The notes under the pieces: generated by a model
The model's input: the letters and a program-made list of their open reading frames with translations, nothing else
Told to the model about the DNA's origin: nothing
Databases searched by the model: none
Shown here: piece by piece, positions 52,751 through 64,000 of the stretch
How positions within the stretch are numbered: position 1 is the stretch's first letter
Layout of the letters: each line of letters opens with the position of its first letter
Position numbers and translations under genes: made by a program
Assembly (NCBI GenBank): GCA_013239625.1
Contig: MU053304.1
Span: 372,001-436,000, forward strand
DNA: 64,000 nt
DNA from: Lama guanicoe
Taxonomy: Eukaryota
Direction of reading: 5' to 3'

Positions 52751-53934
52751 CTGGTGTTGAACTCTCTCGGGTTCTCCCATCCCATCCCATCTCACTCCAC
52801 CCCACCTTGTTTCCACAACTTCTCTTCCTCACTTGTGGCTCCTTCCTGGGCTGGAGCAGAGGGAGGTGGGGAGTGAGAAGTCCGAGATGGACCTCGTCTT
52901 AACTCTGCCTTGACCTTTTGAGGCATTGGACGATCGCTGCTTCTCCCTCAGCTCCCAGTTTTCTTTGCAGCGAAATGAGGATCCTAAATTTGTGTGTGGG
53001 GTGCCTTGAGGTGTTTTGGTTTTGCACTGGATCTCTTGGCAAGGGTATCTGCTTGTTGGAATGTGTGTGGTTAACTCATAGATATGGTGGAGCTGTCCAG
53101 CGATTGTTTGATTACGTTGGGGACAGGGTAGGATTTAGTAGAATACAGAAATCGTTGCCTCAGGCCTGTTGTGGTGCGGCTGCTGCAACCTTCTCTTCCT
53201 ACTGTAGTGAAGCTTTGTGTTTTTTGGAGTGTTAATCTGTGACCGTATGATGCCGATGAAAAAATGCAATCTTGTCCATTCCAATTTTACATTTTCCTGC
53301 TGATCTTAATCTCTTCTTACATCTATGCTTACAATATGGAACATCCTTAAGTTTCTCTCAGTGAAGATGTAGTCATCACTTTAGGGCTCCTCACCTGGAG
53401 GTTTAGTAAAGCACTGTTCTCTGAGCTGCCTGTGTGTTTTCACAATGCCCGTTTCACTCCTGCAAATTTTAATTGCTTTGTCATATTCGGAAACCAAGTT
53501 GGTAGTAAATTTTAGAATACAGCAGCAAACAAGTTACAGGAAGTTTTGGCTATACAAAAGAAAATTTTCAAATGGAAGCTGACCTGCTATGCTTTCTTTT
53601 TTAAAGAGGAGGCATTATCATCTTTACATACTGCCATTCGTGATAAACTTTCAGTACTTTCATGCAGTGAAATTTAGTAATAGCCTCTTTTATAGCCTCC
53701 ATGTACCTTTCTATAGTTCTCTTCATAATGGCGCCTATGAGTAGATAGGGATGGCTGAAGTGTTAGAAAAGCCATAAGATGGCTTTTTATTTTTCCCTAA
53801 GTAATTTATATTGTTAGTTAACGTCTATGCTGTAGACAGTAAACCCGCGACTATGGAAAATTGAGTTTTCAGAAGCAATGTTTTTGTCTGCTTGGAATTA
53901 ACATATTGCTGGAAACAAGAAAGTATCGAGTTTT

Positions 53935-54160
53935 TAAAATTTTATTTTTTATTGAAGTGTAGTTGATTTACAGTGTTAGTTTCAGGTATACAGTAAAGCG
54001 ATTCGGTTATACATATACGTTTTTTCCCAGATTTTTTCCATTATAGCTTATTACAAGAAATTGAATATAGTCCCCTGTGCTATACAGTAGGGCCTTGTTG
54101 ATTTTATATATAATAGTGTGTATCTGTTAATTCCAAACTCCTAATTTATCCCTCCTCCCT
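53935..54160 (-). mobile_element. LINE-1 3' end, same family as 18477-18835
   Basis: tattgaagtgtagttgatttac...ttgaatatagtcccctgtgctatacagtagg. Confidence 0.8.
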
Positions 54161-54435
54161 CAAGAAAGGATCTGTTTAATAGCTTTTGAACAAAGCAAAA
54201 AGGGAAAGTTTGAGCTTCTCACCTTCAGTCTTGGCTCTTAAACCTTGTTCAGGAGAAACCTTTTTTCTTGAGAAAGAGGCTAAGGGACGAAAAAGGAAAA
54301 GAATAGAAAGCAGAACCTGTGTCAGCCTGCTAGAAGGGAAGGTGAATTAACCAAGTAAGTAATGACTTCAGTACCTCTAGAAATAGGCTTTTAGGGAAAA
54401 TTTGACCTGGGCTGAATAAATCACAAGGGAAGCAG

Positions 54436-54486
54436 ACACACACACACACACACACACACGCACGCACGCACACACACACACACACA
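54436..54486. repeat. (CA)n microsatellite with cgca interruptions
   Basis: Directly visible. Confidence 0.92.
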
Positions 54487-57111
54487 GCAATGGAATCCTC
54501 TGGTAGCCTTTATTGGCATCAAAGAATTAAGAGAGAAAAGTAAAGGAGTTTTAGGATTTGCCCATACCTTCAGGAAAAAATAAAATTAATGTTTTAATAA
54601 GAAACTACCTGACTGTTGCTCACCTTTTATTGGATAAGTTGTTTTTCTGAACTTTCTTCTAGAGTATCTTTCTGTAAGAAGAGTTTTCACTACAAAAAGA
54701 AATCACCATTATATTCTCCTACCAAAGTACTAACAATGTTGACAATACTCATTTTCCACATTGGCTATGTTGTTCTTTTTTGTTTTTGCCAATTTGAACA
54801 ACAGATAATATCTTGTTTTAATTTGTTTTTCCCTGATTCCTAGACCTCTGGAGGAGTAATGTAGGATAGTGGTTAGGAGCTGTGCTGGCCTGCAGAGATA
54901 TACTGTCTGCATTGGATTCCCAGCCCTGTGCCTCTGGCTGTGTGGTCCTGAACAGTTTATTTAATGACTGCCACATTTTCCTTATCTGTAAATAGGGATA
55001 AAAATAGTACCTTATCTCCTAGGGTTGTGAGGATTATATGAGTTGGTATCTAAAGCATTTAACAATGCACCTGATGCCTGGTTAGCATTGTGTATTGGCT
55101 ATTGTTGCTGTTGTTGTTAGCTATTAGTGTTGTTGTTGGAGAAGTTGCAAAATCTTCTCTTTGACCATTTCTTTTTCTTCTGTGAATTGCTTGGTGGTTT
55201 TATTTTTGCCCGTTTTGCTATTGAATTTCTTATTTTTCTTATTGCTTCGCAAGTGTTTGTTGTGGTATCGATCCTTTGCCTATATTGTATGTTGCAAATG
55301 TTTTCTCTCAATTTATTGCTTGTCTCTTTTTTGTTGAACAGGAATTTTAAATTATCACTTCAAATTCATCAATATTTCTCATGTGGCTTCTGCATTTTGT
55401 GTCTTGTTTAAGAAGAACTTCCTTGTCTTAAGGTTAATTAAATATCCTCCTATGTTTTTTCTCTTTTTAATGTTAGCTCTTTAATCCACTTGGAATGTAT
55501 TTACACTTATGTTATGTGGTAGAAATCTGACTTCCTTTGCTGTTTGGGTAGCCAGTTGCCCCACTACTATTTACTGAGTAGTTAGTCCATCCTTTTCCCC
55601 ACTGTTCTGAAATGCTCTTTGTCATAAATTGAGGCTCCATAAGACATGGATTTATTTTTGGAATATATCTGTTTCATTGTTCCATTTATCTCTTCCCATT
55701 CCTTTCCTGTATGCATTGTTTTAATTATTTTAGTTTTATATTATGACTTAGTATAGTTTACAATAGGACTGATATGTCATGAACAGAGAATGTGTTTGAA
55801 GTCATACTGTAAGTTCCTTATAAATATTCATGTCCCTTTTATACAAATAGAACCTTGCTTATATTTCCAGAATAGGTACTCAATAAGTTTGAATAGCACA
55901 CTTCATAAATCAGGGATAGTCTTTGTATCTGAGAAAATGCAGTGTAAACTTTTGTATTTGCCGTAAGTCTTTTTAAAATAAAATATTTGTAAGATTTATT
56001 TTTCACATCACCTACACCTCACCTTACCCCCTTTCAGCTCAAACACATTGAGTCTTGGATTTCTTGCTTGCTTGTTAAAAACATAATGCTTCCTAATTTT
56101 AAATTAAAGTTATGAATGAAATATTACTTGGAGAACAAATGTGGTTCTCCTGCAAAGGTTTTGAATTTGAGTATTTTGAGTAGCTGATACGGAGATATTG
56201 TTTGGGATCCTGAATTCCCCATTTCATTCATTCAACAAAAGTCTGTTGGCAGACTTCTGAACAGGGTCCTATGTATTTAAATGACATAACGATGAATGAG
56301 TCACAGACCCTTCTTTCCAGAAATGTAACCATTTGTATGTCTGTTTAGAAAGGATATCTACAAAAGGAATGCATTTTTAAAAATAGTATTTAATTTTTCT
56401 TTTACAAGCTCCAGCTACATAAAAATGAAGTTTGTTGGTATTTTAATATAGCTTTCTAATATAGCTAATGTTTAATGTATTTCCTTTTATTAAAATGGAG
56501 TCATAAATATTATTTTGAAACTTTTTTCACTTAATTTACCATGCTCATAATTTTCAAAAGATAGTTACTTTCAATTGCTTTCAGTGACAGATTTGTCACA
56601 GTCCTCTTATACTGGTTTTCTAGTATAGGCTGGAATGCACTGTTCAGCTTATTCAAATTACTTTTTCCTCAACATAAATGTATAACTTCATTAAGTTAAT
56701 GTCGAGAAACTGACACACTGCCATAAGAAAGGATTATGCTTTTGCTATTTCATTATTTTTAATCCATCTGGAATGTGCTTTGATATAAGGTATGAAGCAG
56801 TGATTTAATTTTTTAAAGGTTAGCTAATTGTCCCCATTTCTTTATTTATACCCCAGATATTAACATAATATCCAGAATATAAATGACTGCCTGCACCAGT
56901 AAGATAAATATTTAACTCAAAATGGACAAAGCATAAGAACAAACAGTTCTCAGAAGACAAATTCAAATAACCAATGAATAAATTCAGAGATGTTCAACTT
57001 TATTAAAACAACAAACTATCCCTCTTTCCCAATTAATTGACAAAAATTTAGAAGACTGATGATACTCAGTCTTGGCCACTATTAGGGGAAAGGGATGCTT
57101 CATTTGTTCTC

Positions 57112-57158
57112 TGTGTGTGTGTGTGTTTGTGTATATGTGTTTGTGTGTGCGTGCGTGC
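57112..57158. repeat. Imperfect (TG)n microsatellite
   Basis: Directly visible. Confidence 0.85.
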
Positions 57159-59925
57159 ATTTATGGAAAGTAATTGGTATCTACTGCAAGTTTACATGTA
57201 ACTGCAGTAAAGCATAGAGCAGTCATTAGAGCATGACTCTAGGTTCAGGCTTTCGTGCCTCCACCTCTGTGACCCTAGTCAGAGCACTCAAACTCTGAAC
57301 CTTAGTATCTATTTCATTTCCTTAGAAGGTTATGAAGATTAAATGCAACTGCATATAAAATGCTTAGTACAGTGTCTGGCACATAGTAAGTAATATTAAC
57401 TGCTAGTATTATTTGTTTTATTAATAATTATTATTATTAAAATAACAATACTGTTACTATTACTATAAACCCACTTATTTTTCTGAGGTATGACCAATGA
57501 CTTCATGCTAATCTCTTTCTTACTGAGAAACTGTAATATCTCTGTTTTACATCTTTGAAGAAATGATTCAGTTAATAAGCACTGATGTATACCTAGTGTT
57601 TATCTTGTTTTCTAGGAGCTAATCACATTCCAATATATGGCAGGTGAGCCAAAAAATTCCTAGTTTGGCTCAGAAGGTTTCTTGTGTTCTTGGCGTTTCC
57701 TCTCCATAGTTTGCTCCTGGATCCCCCACATTCTTTCTTGTAGACCTTAATCTCTGACTTTACTTCCAGTCAGAAATAGTTGGCTTTGCATCTCCTATTC
57801 ACTTAGGTTTCCTTATTAAGAATAGACTGTTGAACTTTTCTTGAATGTCAGTATTGCCTAAGAGATGCCTTGGCAAAGTGTTAAAGATGAGCTTGGGGTT
57901 TATAATTCCTAAAATACAGTTTTTGCCTTATCAACCCAAATTTGGGGAAAGCAACTAAAATATACCACCCGTATAGCCAGTGGATTCGCATAGATTGTGT
58001 TCGGTAGTTTGTTCTCCAAGATCTTCATGCATGGGCTCTATTGTTGTAGTTATCGTCCTCCTGAATGGATTAAATGAATATACCGTCCTATTGATCATGT
58101 TATTTAGGATTTTTAAACAAGACTTGCCGCTTTTGCATTTTGGGGAGGAATTTGGAATATAATTTGGTAACTTATAGTCTTTTTCATACCTTCTAAATTT
58201 CTTTCCAGTATTGTATTTATGGTGAAATATTATAGTAACTTCTGGAAAAATGGAACAGAATACAGTAAGACACTGACAGAAAATTCTTGTATCACCCCTA
58301 AATTTGATAAAGGACTAGCAGGGTGCTGAGGTTTGCCAGCTCTAGGTTCTTATTAGACTTGACCTCTCTTTTGCCTCACAGGCTTCACTTGTCAGCACTC
58401 TCTGCCCACAAATCCCCATGTTAGAGAAGGACTTGACTTCTAAATATATGGACCTGTCTTATTCCTCAGCTTTAGCATCGTACCAGCTTGTCTAGTAATC
58501 AGACTGCTCCAGTCATTGCTTGAATGCTTAAAACTCAAATTCTCAAGATTTTAGGAGCAACATTCTTCTTTTGCTTTGGACTGGCTGATAATTTTGCAGC
58601 TGAGAAGAAAAGCGAATATATTTTCTTACAGTCCAATATCCATAAAGATCTCAGTGGATTGGACTAAAGAAGCACACACTGTTTATGGAGGAATTTGCTT
58701 AGTCTGCAGTTGGGGTGGGGGTAGGGGGCACAGCAAAGTGGAGCTGGTCCAGAGAAGAGGCACTTGAAACATGTCAGTACAATAATTAGAGAACTGAGGG
58801 GGATTAACTTGAAAATGAATTGGACAAAGAATATGAATGTTTTCTTCTGAAGTTTAAAAACTGTTTGAAAGGGGAAGAATTAAATGTGTTCTGTGTGGCT
58901 CTCAGAGGATACAAGGTTAGAAACCACAGACGACAGAGTTTAGCCCATTTTTAATAAGTAGAGTTACCTGAAGAAAAAAAATTCCAGAAAATATTTTAAG
59001 CATCAGATAGATGCCTGCCTATTGTGTGTATTGCAGCAGGAAATGTATGCATCAGATAAGATGTTAGAGTAGATGATCTCCAGAAGGACTCAAATCCTTT
59101 CGACACTGTAATTCTTTGATGTAGTGACCACCTTTCTTAGTTAACAAGGACTCTTTGTAGCAAGTATTTCTATTGAGATAGGTACTCCACCTAAAATAGG
59201 CAAAACATTTTTGCGTGATTTGATGTTATTAAAGCATAATATCATTTCCTTTTCGTTTTTCAGACAACTCTTAGATACTCGGTGTTGGTAACGTATTTTG
59301 TTTAGTGTATTGTGGATCCACCGAGTCAAAGCTACAGAGAGCAGTTTTTGCGTCTGAATTTATATTAAGTCTAGAGAACTAAACATAAATAACTCTAATA
59401 TAAATAACACTATAAATTTAGCCATAAGAAGAAAAGGGGTAGCCTAATAATATCTGACATTCTTATAGTCTTTTTCAGTTTTTCAGAGCACTTTGATGCA
59501 GTATTACATTATCACAATTCTGTACATTACTATCCCCACTTTATAGATGGGGAAAATAAAGATTGACAACATTGTCACTCAGATAAAGGCAGAACGTTAA
59601 TTTAAACCTTGGAGGAAATAAATTCGGCAAACTTTCTACAAACTACTATTTTCTGTAATATACCATGATGCCTCTCTGGAGAGTTTATTTGTGTTGCCAT
59701 AGTTTCGATTTTAAGTTGAAAATTTTTCCTCAGTGTTTAAGTCACAGATTTATTTTTCACTTGAAAATTATTCTCTTCCATTGTGATTATATCCCCTGTA
59801 TTTTTCTTTGTTTTTCCTCAACTTTCAGATACAGAGTACAGAATTTAGACTGGGATAAGGAAGAATTTTCTAACAATTAGAGTTACTTGAAAAAAAGACA
59901 CTTTTCAGAAAGTATTTAAGCAGCA

Positions 59926-60122
59926 TGTATTAGTCTGCTAGGGCTGCCACAACAAAATTTACCATACAGTGGGTGGCTTAAACAACAGACATTTATTTCT
60001 CAACAATTCCGGAAGCTAGGAATTCCAAGATCAAGGTACTAGCTGATTTTGTTCCTGGTGAGTGCTCTGTTCCTGGCTTACAGACAGCCACCTTCTCTCG
60101 TGTCCTCACGTGGTGGAGAGAG
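59926..60122 (-). mobile_element. MaLR LTR fragment (MLT1-like)
   Basis: tgtattagtctgctagggctgcc...ggcttaaacaacagacatttatttct...ccaagatcaagg. Confidence 0.75.
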
Positions 60123-62296
60123 CGTGGATAGGCAAACTGTAGGAGAGTCATAACTATACCATGTGTGGCACTGCTACCTGGGTGACAGTTCTATTTGGAA
60201 AGGATGGTTTGTGGACAGGTCACTGCAAAAAAAAGTTTTTTTTAATGGACTGAATCTGAGAATCTAGCCATAAGAAATGTTAAGACTTTGCTTTTAAGCC
60301 ATCTCTGTGAAGAGCAAAGGCAGAGGAGCTCTGGCCTTAGTGCTGCCACTTACTGGTGGTTTATTCAGGCATTTGTTAGCAGGATCTGTAAATGCCAGGT
60401 AATTTGCTAAACCCAAGAGATGGAAAATGATAAGCCAGATTCCATATCCAAAGAACTTTTATTTTATGAGGGCGGGAGAATGGGAGATAGAGAGACAGAG
60501 ATGATAACAATCAGAATACAACGTGGTAAGTGCCCAGTAGTATGAAATGGAATCTCTAATAAAAAATGACTGCTGCTGGAGGCGTTCTGGAAGACTTAAG
60601 AATTGTCATTTGAATAGGATCTTGGATGATGAGTAGGTGTTGAGGAGTTTAATTTTAAAGATACTGGGGAGCAACAGAGAGGAAGGAAAGTGATGGCATG
60701 AAAAATGAGGGAAGAGAGGGTTTTAGAGGGGAGTTGGGGTCAAGAATGAGGAAAGAGGATAAAAAACAAGTCATTGTAATTGCTGAAAATTTTGTTCATT
60801 CATTGAATATTTGAGACTCTACTGAGAGTCCCATGATACCTGATGGATCATTGGTGATCTTTTTGAGAATAGTAAATGGGGGGAAACAAATTAACTATCA
60901 TGTGTCAAGATTAGAAAATGGATAATAGATGAGGAAATAAATTCAGCAAGAACAGATTACTCTTTGAAGAAATCTGGTGACCTGGGAAAGCAGAGATTAG
61001 GGGAGTAGCTTGAGTAAGTAGAAAGCTTTTATATAGAAGTCACTTATTTAAGCATATTCAACTTTGTGCAAGTTGTTTAAAATCTATAAAACAAGAATAA
61101 TGCTTGCTCCCACTGCCTTACAGAGATATTATGAAATTTGAGTAAATATATATGCCAGTTCACTTTAAAAACTAGAGCTCTACAAATTCATTATGCTTAC
61201 TATTACATTGTTAAAATTATTTATTTATCTTTGCTTTAAAGTTCAGGGTTGCTTTCTATTTTGCAAATTTGTAGGTTTCATGTTTCAGGGTGTTGATAAA
61301 GCCAGAGTCTTAGTGATCATCTTTTTTTTTCTTTTTTTTTTTTGACTCCAGATTAGACATCCTTTTTTTCACAATTCTGGGAAGTAATTGTGGCTGTTGA
61401 CATGATAGTATAGTAAGCCCCCTGTGTGACACATATGTCCCATTTGAAAGCCAAAAAACCATGTTTGGCTTTTTTTTTTTTTTTTTTTTGGGGGGAGTTA
61501 TAATTTGAGGAAGTTGATTTCCCTCTCAATACTGTAGAATTTTAAAAGCTACATAAAATTCAGGGATCTCTGAATGTGGATTTTCATAGGATTCAAAGCA
61601 ATATCCCTATTACTCTAAATAACGTATAAGAAACAGTGGCTGATCCTTTGGGGAATGCACCCTTGGAAAAGTGCTTTGTGTTAACTCTTCTTCAATCAGG
61701 AAGTTCTGGGAAGCAAATAAAAATGCAAAGGGAGTCTCTCTGTGAAATCTCTTTGGCTATGTCTATTCTAACTTGTTTCTGACCACTTTCAGGCACATAA
61801 CTGCACATATATAAGTAGAATAATAGACCTACTAGAAAAAGAAAGGTTTGTTTCATTGTTTGACTTTGCTAGTGAGAAGACTGTGTTATGTTTCAAATAA
61901 TGACCTCTCATTACTAAATTACTTGCCTCCACTGTTCCCAGGCCAGTTTGAATTTTGACTGTATGCTTTCCAAGCATAGTACCTCTGCCAGGGCCAGAGT
62001 ATTATTTCACAGGGCTATCACTACTGATTACAGTACTGCATATTATGTTTCAAGGATATTGAAACCAGGATTCTCAGGGATCCATTTATATTTTCTCACC
62101 TTGCTCCTACAAATAGGAAAAATACCACAGGGAAAATCATTGTGAAATTATTGGGCAGAGAAAGGTGTTTAAATGTACATGATTTGGAAGTGGTTCTTGA
62201 AATGTACTAAAAAAAAAAAAAGGGGATGCTCTGTATAACCAGTGCTAGTGCAGAAGGAGCCTAAAAGGAGGGCTTCAATATTTAAAAATTAATGAA

Positions 62297-62412
62297 GGTG
62301 GGAGATAGTGATAGAGTGTATGCCTACCATCCATGAAGTTCTGGGTTCAATCCCCAGTACTTCCATTTAAAAATTTTTAAATAAATAAATAAACCTACCC
62401 CCCCCAAAAATA
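62297..62412 (+). mobile_element. tRNA-derived SINE (vic-1-like), degenerate A box
   Basis: gatagagtgtatgcc...ctgggttcaatccccagtacttcc, (aaat)n, C-run and A-tail as in the other copies. Confidence 0.8.
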
Positions 62413-64000
62413 AAAATTTATTAAAGTTAAGAGTAACAGAAGGAAATGAGTTCAGAAAGTGAACAAGGAGAATTTGAGAAGAGAGAGATCACAAAGGCAG
62501 TGTTAAAAGACAACAAGAAAAAAAAAAGAGAAAAAGCCACAACCAAAAACTAGGAAAGCAAAGCAAAGAAAGGCATTCCTATGATGAAAATGCTCAGGAT
62601 ACCACTAAATAGAAACTCCCTTTGTTTACTGCTGTTCATTGCAGCTGCTTCCACCCCAGAGGAATGAGAAGGGGAGGCTTTTCTTCATGCCTGTGACCTT
62701 GTTATTGAAGCTTTGCCTCCTATTGCTGGAGTTTGCCATAGTAGGCATCAGCATATGTCATTTGTGCTTATTCAGCCATTTTGCCTGAAAATCCTACTTA
62801 CCTTGAAATTCCTCAGACTGTAGGTAATGAGCCGCATGCATGCCCATATATAATTTACAGGTACTCTACAAAGTCATGAATTCAACTTAATGCAAAATGG
62901 GCTTTTAAATTCTAATATGTTTTTACCTGCAATTTGCCTTACTGACTTAACTGTTCTCCTTAAGGAGAATGGGGGGTTTTTGTTTGTTTGTTTGTTGCTT
63001 TTTGTTTTTTGCTGAGCTCCAGCTCTAAGTTGCCGTTTCCACAGCCTGCTGAACCTTGAATGAGCAGCTCTCCTTGTTTGGCTTCTAGACACTCTTCAGT
63101 GAGCCTTGCTCTCTGGTTGCTCAGTCTGAATGAGAATTCTAATCAACCCCTCTGACTGCTCTCTGATGCTCAGTGTGGTTCAACACATATTAAGAGCTGA
63201 TTATGTGCTAAGCACTGAAAAGAGAAGGATAAATAATGTAGTGCCAATGGAATTTGACTTGCAAACTTGTATGCATGGTACATTCTGATATATGCTGTGA
63301 AGCAGGTATAAACAAGTGTACAGGCGCACTGAGGAGGAATCACAGCTTTGTCTCAGGGTGTATCAGGGACCACAATCAGAGAGGAAGTTGACAATAGCAC
63401 TGGATTTTTAAAGAGAGTATGGGAGGGCGGGTTGCACATTCTAGGCAGAGTAGAGCAGGGGTCTGCTAAACACTGAAGCAGAAGAAATCATCTTTGGGAA
63501 GGACAGCAATTAGGGATGACTGGAGGATAGTCTGTGCCTAGGAGCTAAGAGGTGACTGGAGAATGGAAAGGATGGCAGAGACTAGCCTCAGTATCCTCCT
63601 CCCTCCAACTAGCCTTGCCTTACCCTCTTAACTTCTTCACTCCAGGTTTATAGCAGTTCATTATAGCTGCTGCCCTCCTGGTTACCTGTTGATTTCCTGT
63701 TTTTTATTAAATTGTCCTTTCTACCTGATCTACCTTCCTATCTCACCCTTCTCCATTATCCTTTTAACCTATTATTAACTTACAATCTTTTTTAAAAGAA
63801 TCAGTATTCCCCAAACCTATTTACAAAGCCTGAACTTGATGTGTTCCTCAGAAATGAATGTGTCTGAGGATGGAAGGACTTTTTTAATTGGACACTCACA
63901 TAGGACTAAGGGAGGCCATATCTAGCAAGAACAGAGATCTTGTCTTTCTATCCTCTAGAGCACTGCTTAGACTATCACTGGTAACAAACCAGGCTTTCAC

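Noticed and set aside
51201..52832. Long ORFs of 183-301 aa on both strands (51201-51854, 51880-52785, 52241-52816, 52281-52832)
   Set aside because: They are Pro/Arg/Gly/Ala-rich products of a GC-rich CpG island that lacks stops, with no recognisable domain. The real coding piece is the 50-nt PDE6D exon.
52410..64000. PDE6D exon 2 or a nested gene
   Set aside because: No sequence encoding the expected NWMNLRDAETGK was seen. The region is AT-rich intron with repeats and only short ORFs.

Overview
This is eukaryotic (mammalian) genomic DNA, not prokaryotic. tRNA-derived SINEs resembling the camelid vic-1 family suggest a camelid, which is an inference. The window holds the complete COPS7B gene (COP9 signalosome subunit 7b) on the minus strand: a non-coding exon 1 near 47610-47730 and six coding exons that join into a 795-nt, 264-aa ORF with canonical GT-AG junctions. 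Head-to-head with it is PDE6D exon 1 (plus strand, ATG 52238), followed by at least 11.7 kb of intron 1, whose donor is GTATCC (U12-type). COPS7B intron 2 contains two antisense processed pseudogenes, TPRKB and RPL28, the latter split by a SINE. Positions 1-26,000 are repeat-rich intergenic DNA (L1, LTR, MIR, SINE, an 87-bp triplication) with no supportable protein-coding gene. I found no novel multi-gene system. The best leads are regulatory or splicing features: (1) a candidate 57-nt COPS7B cassette exon whose frame, and so the C-terminus, depends on one T-homopolymer base, feeding a last exon open in two frames; (2) the atypical U12 donor of PDE6D; (3) a strong-Kozak 3-codon uORF in COPS7B; (4) a regularly spaced triple ZNF143-type motif; (5) a palindromic CTCF-type site. 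Gene and repeat-family names come from recalled sequences; no database search was run.
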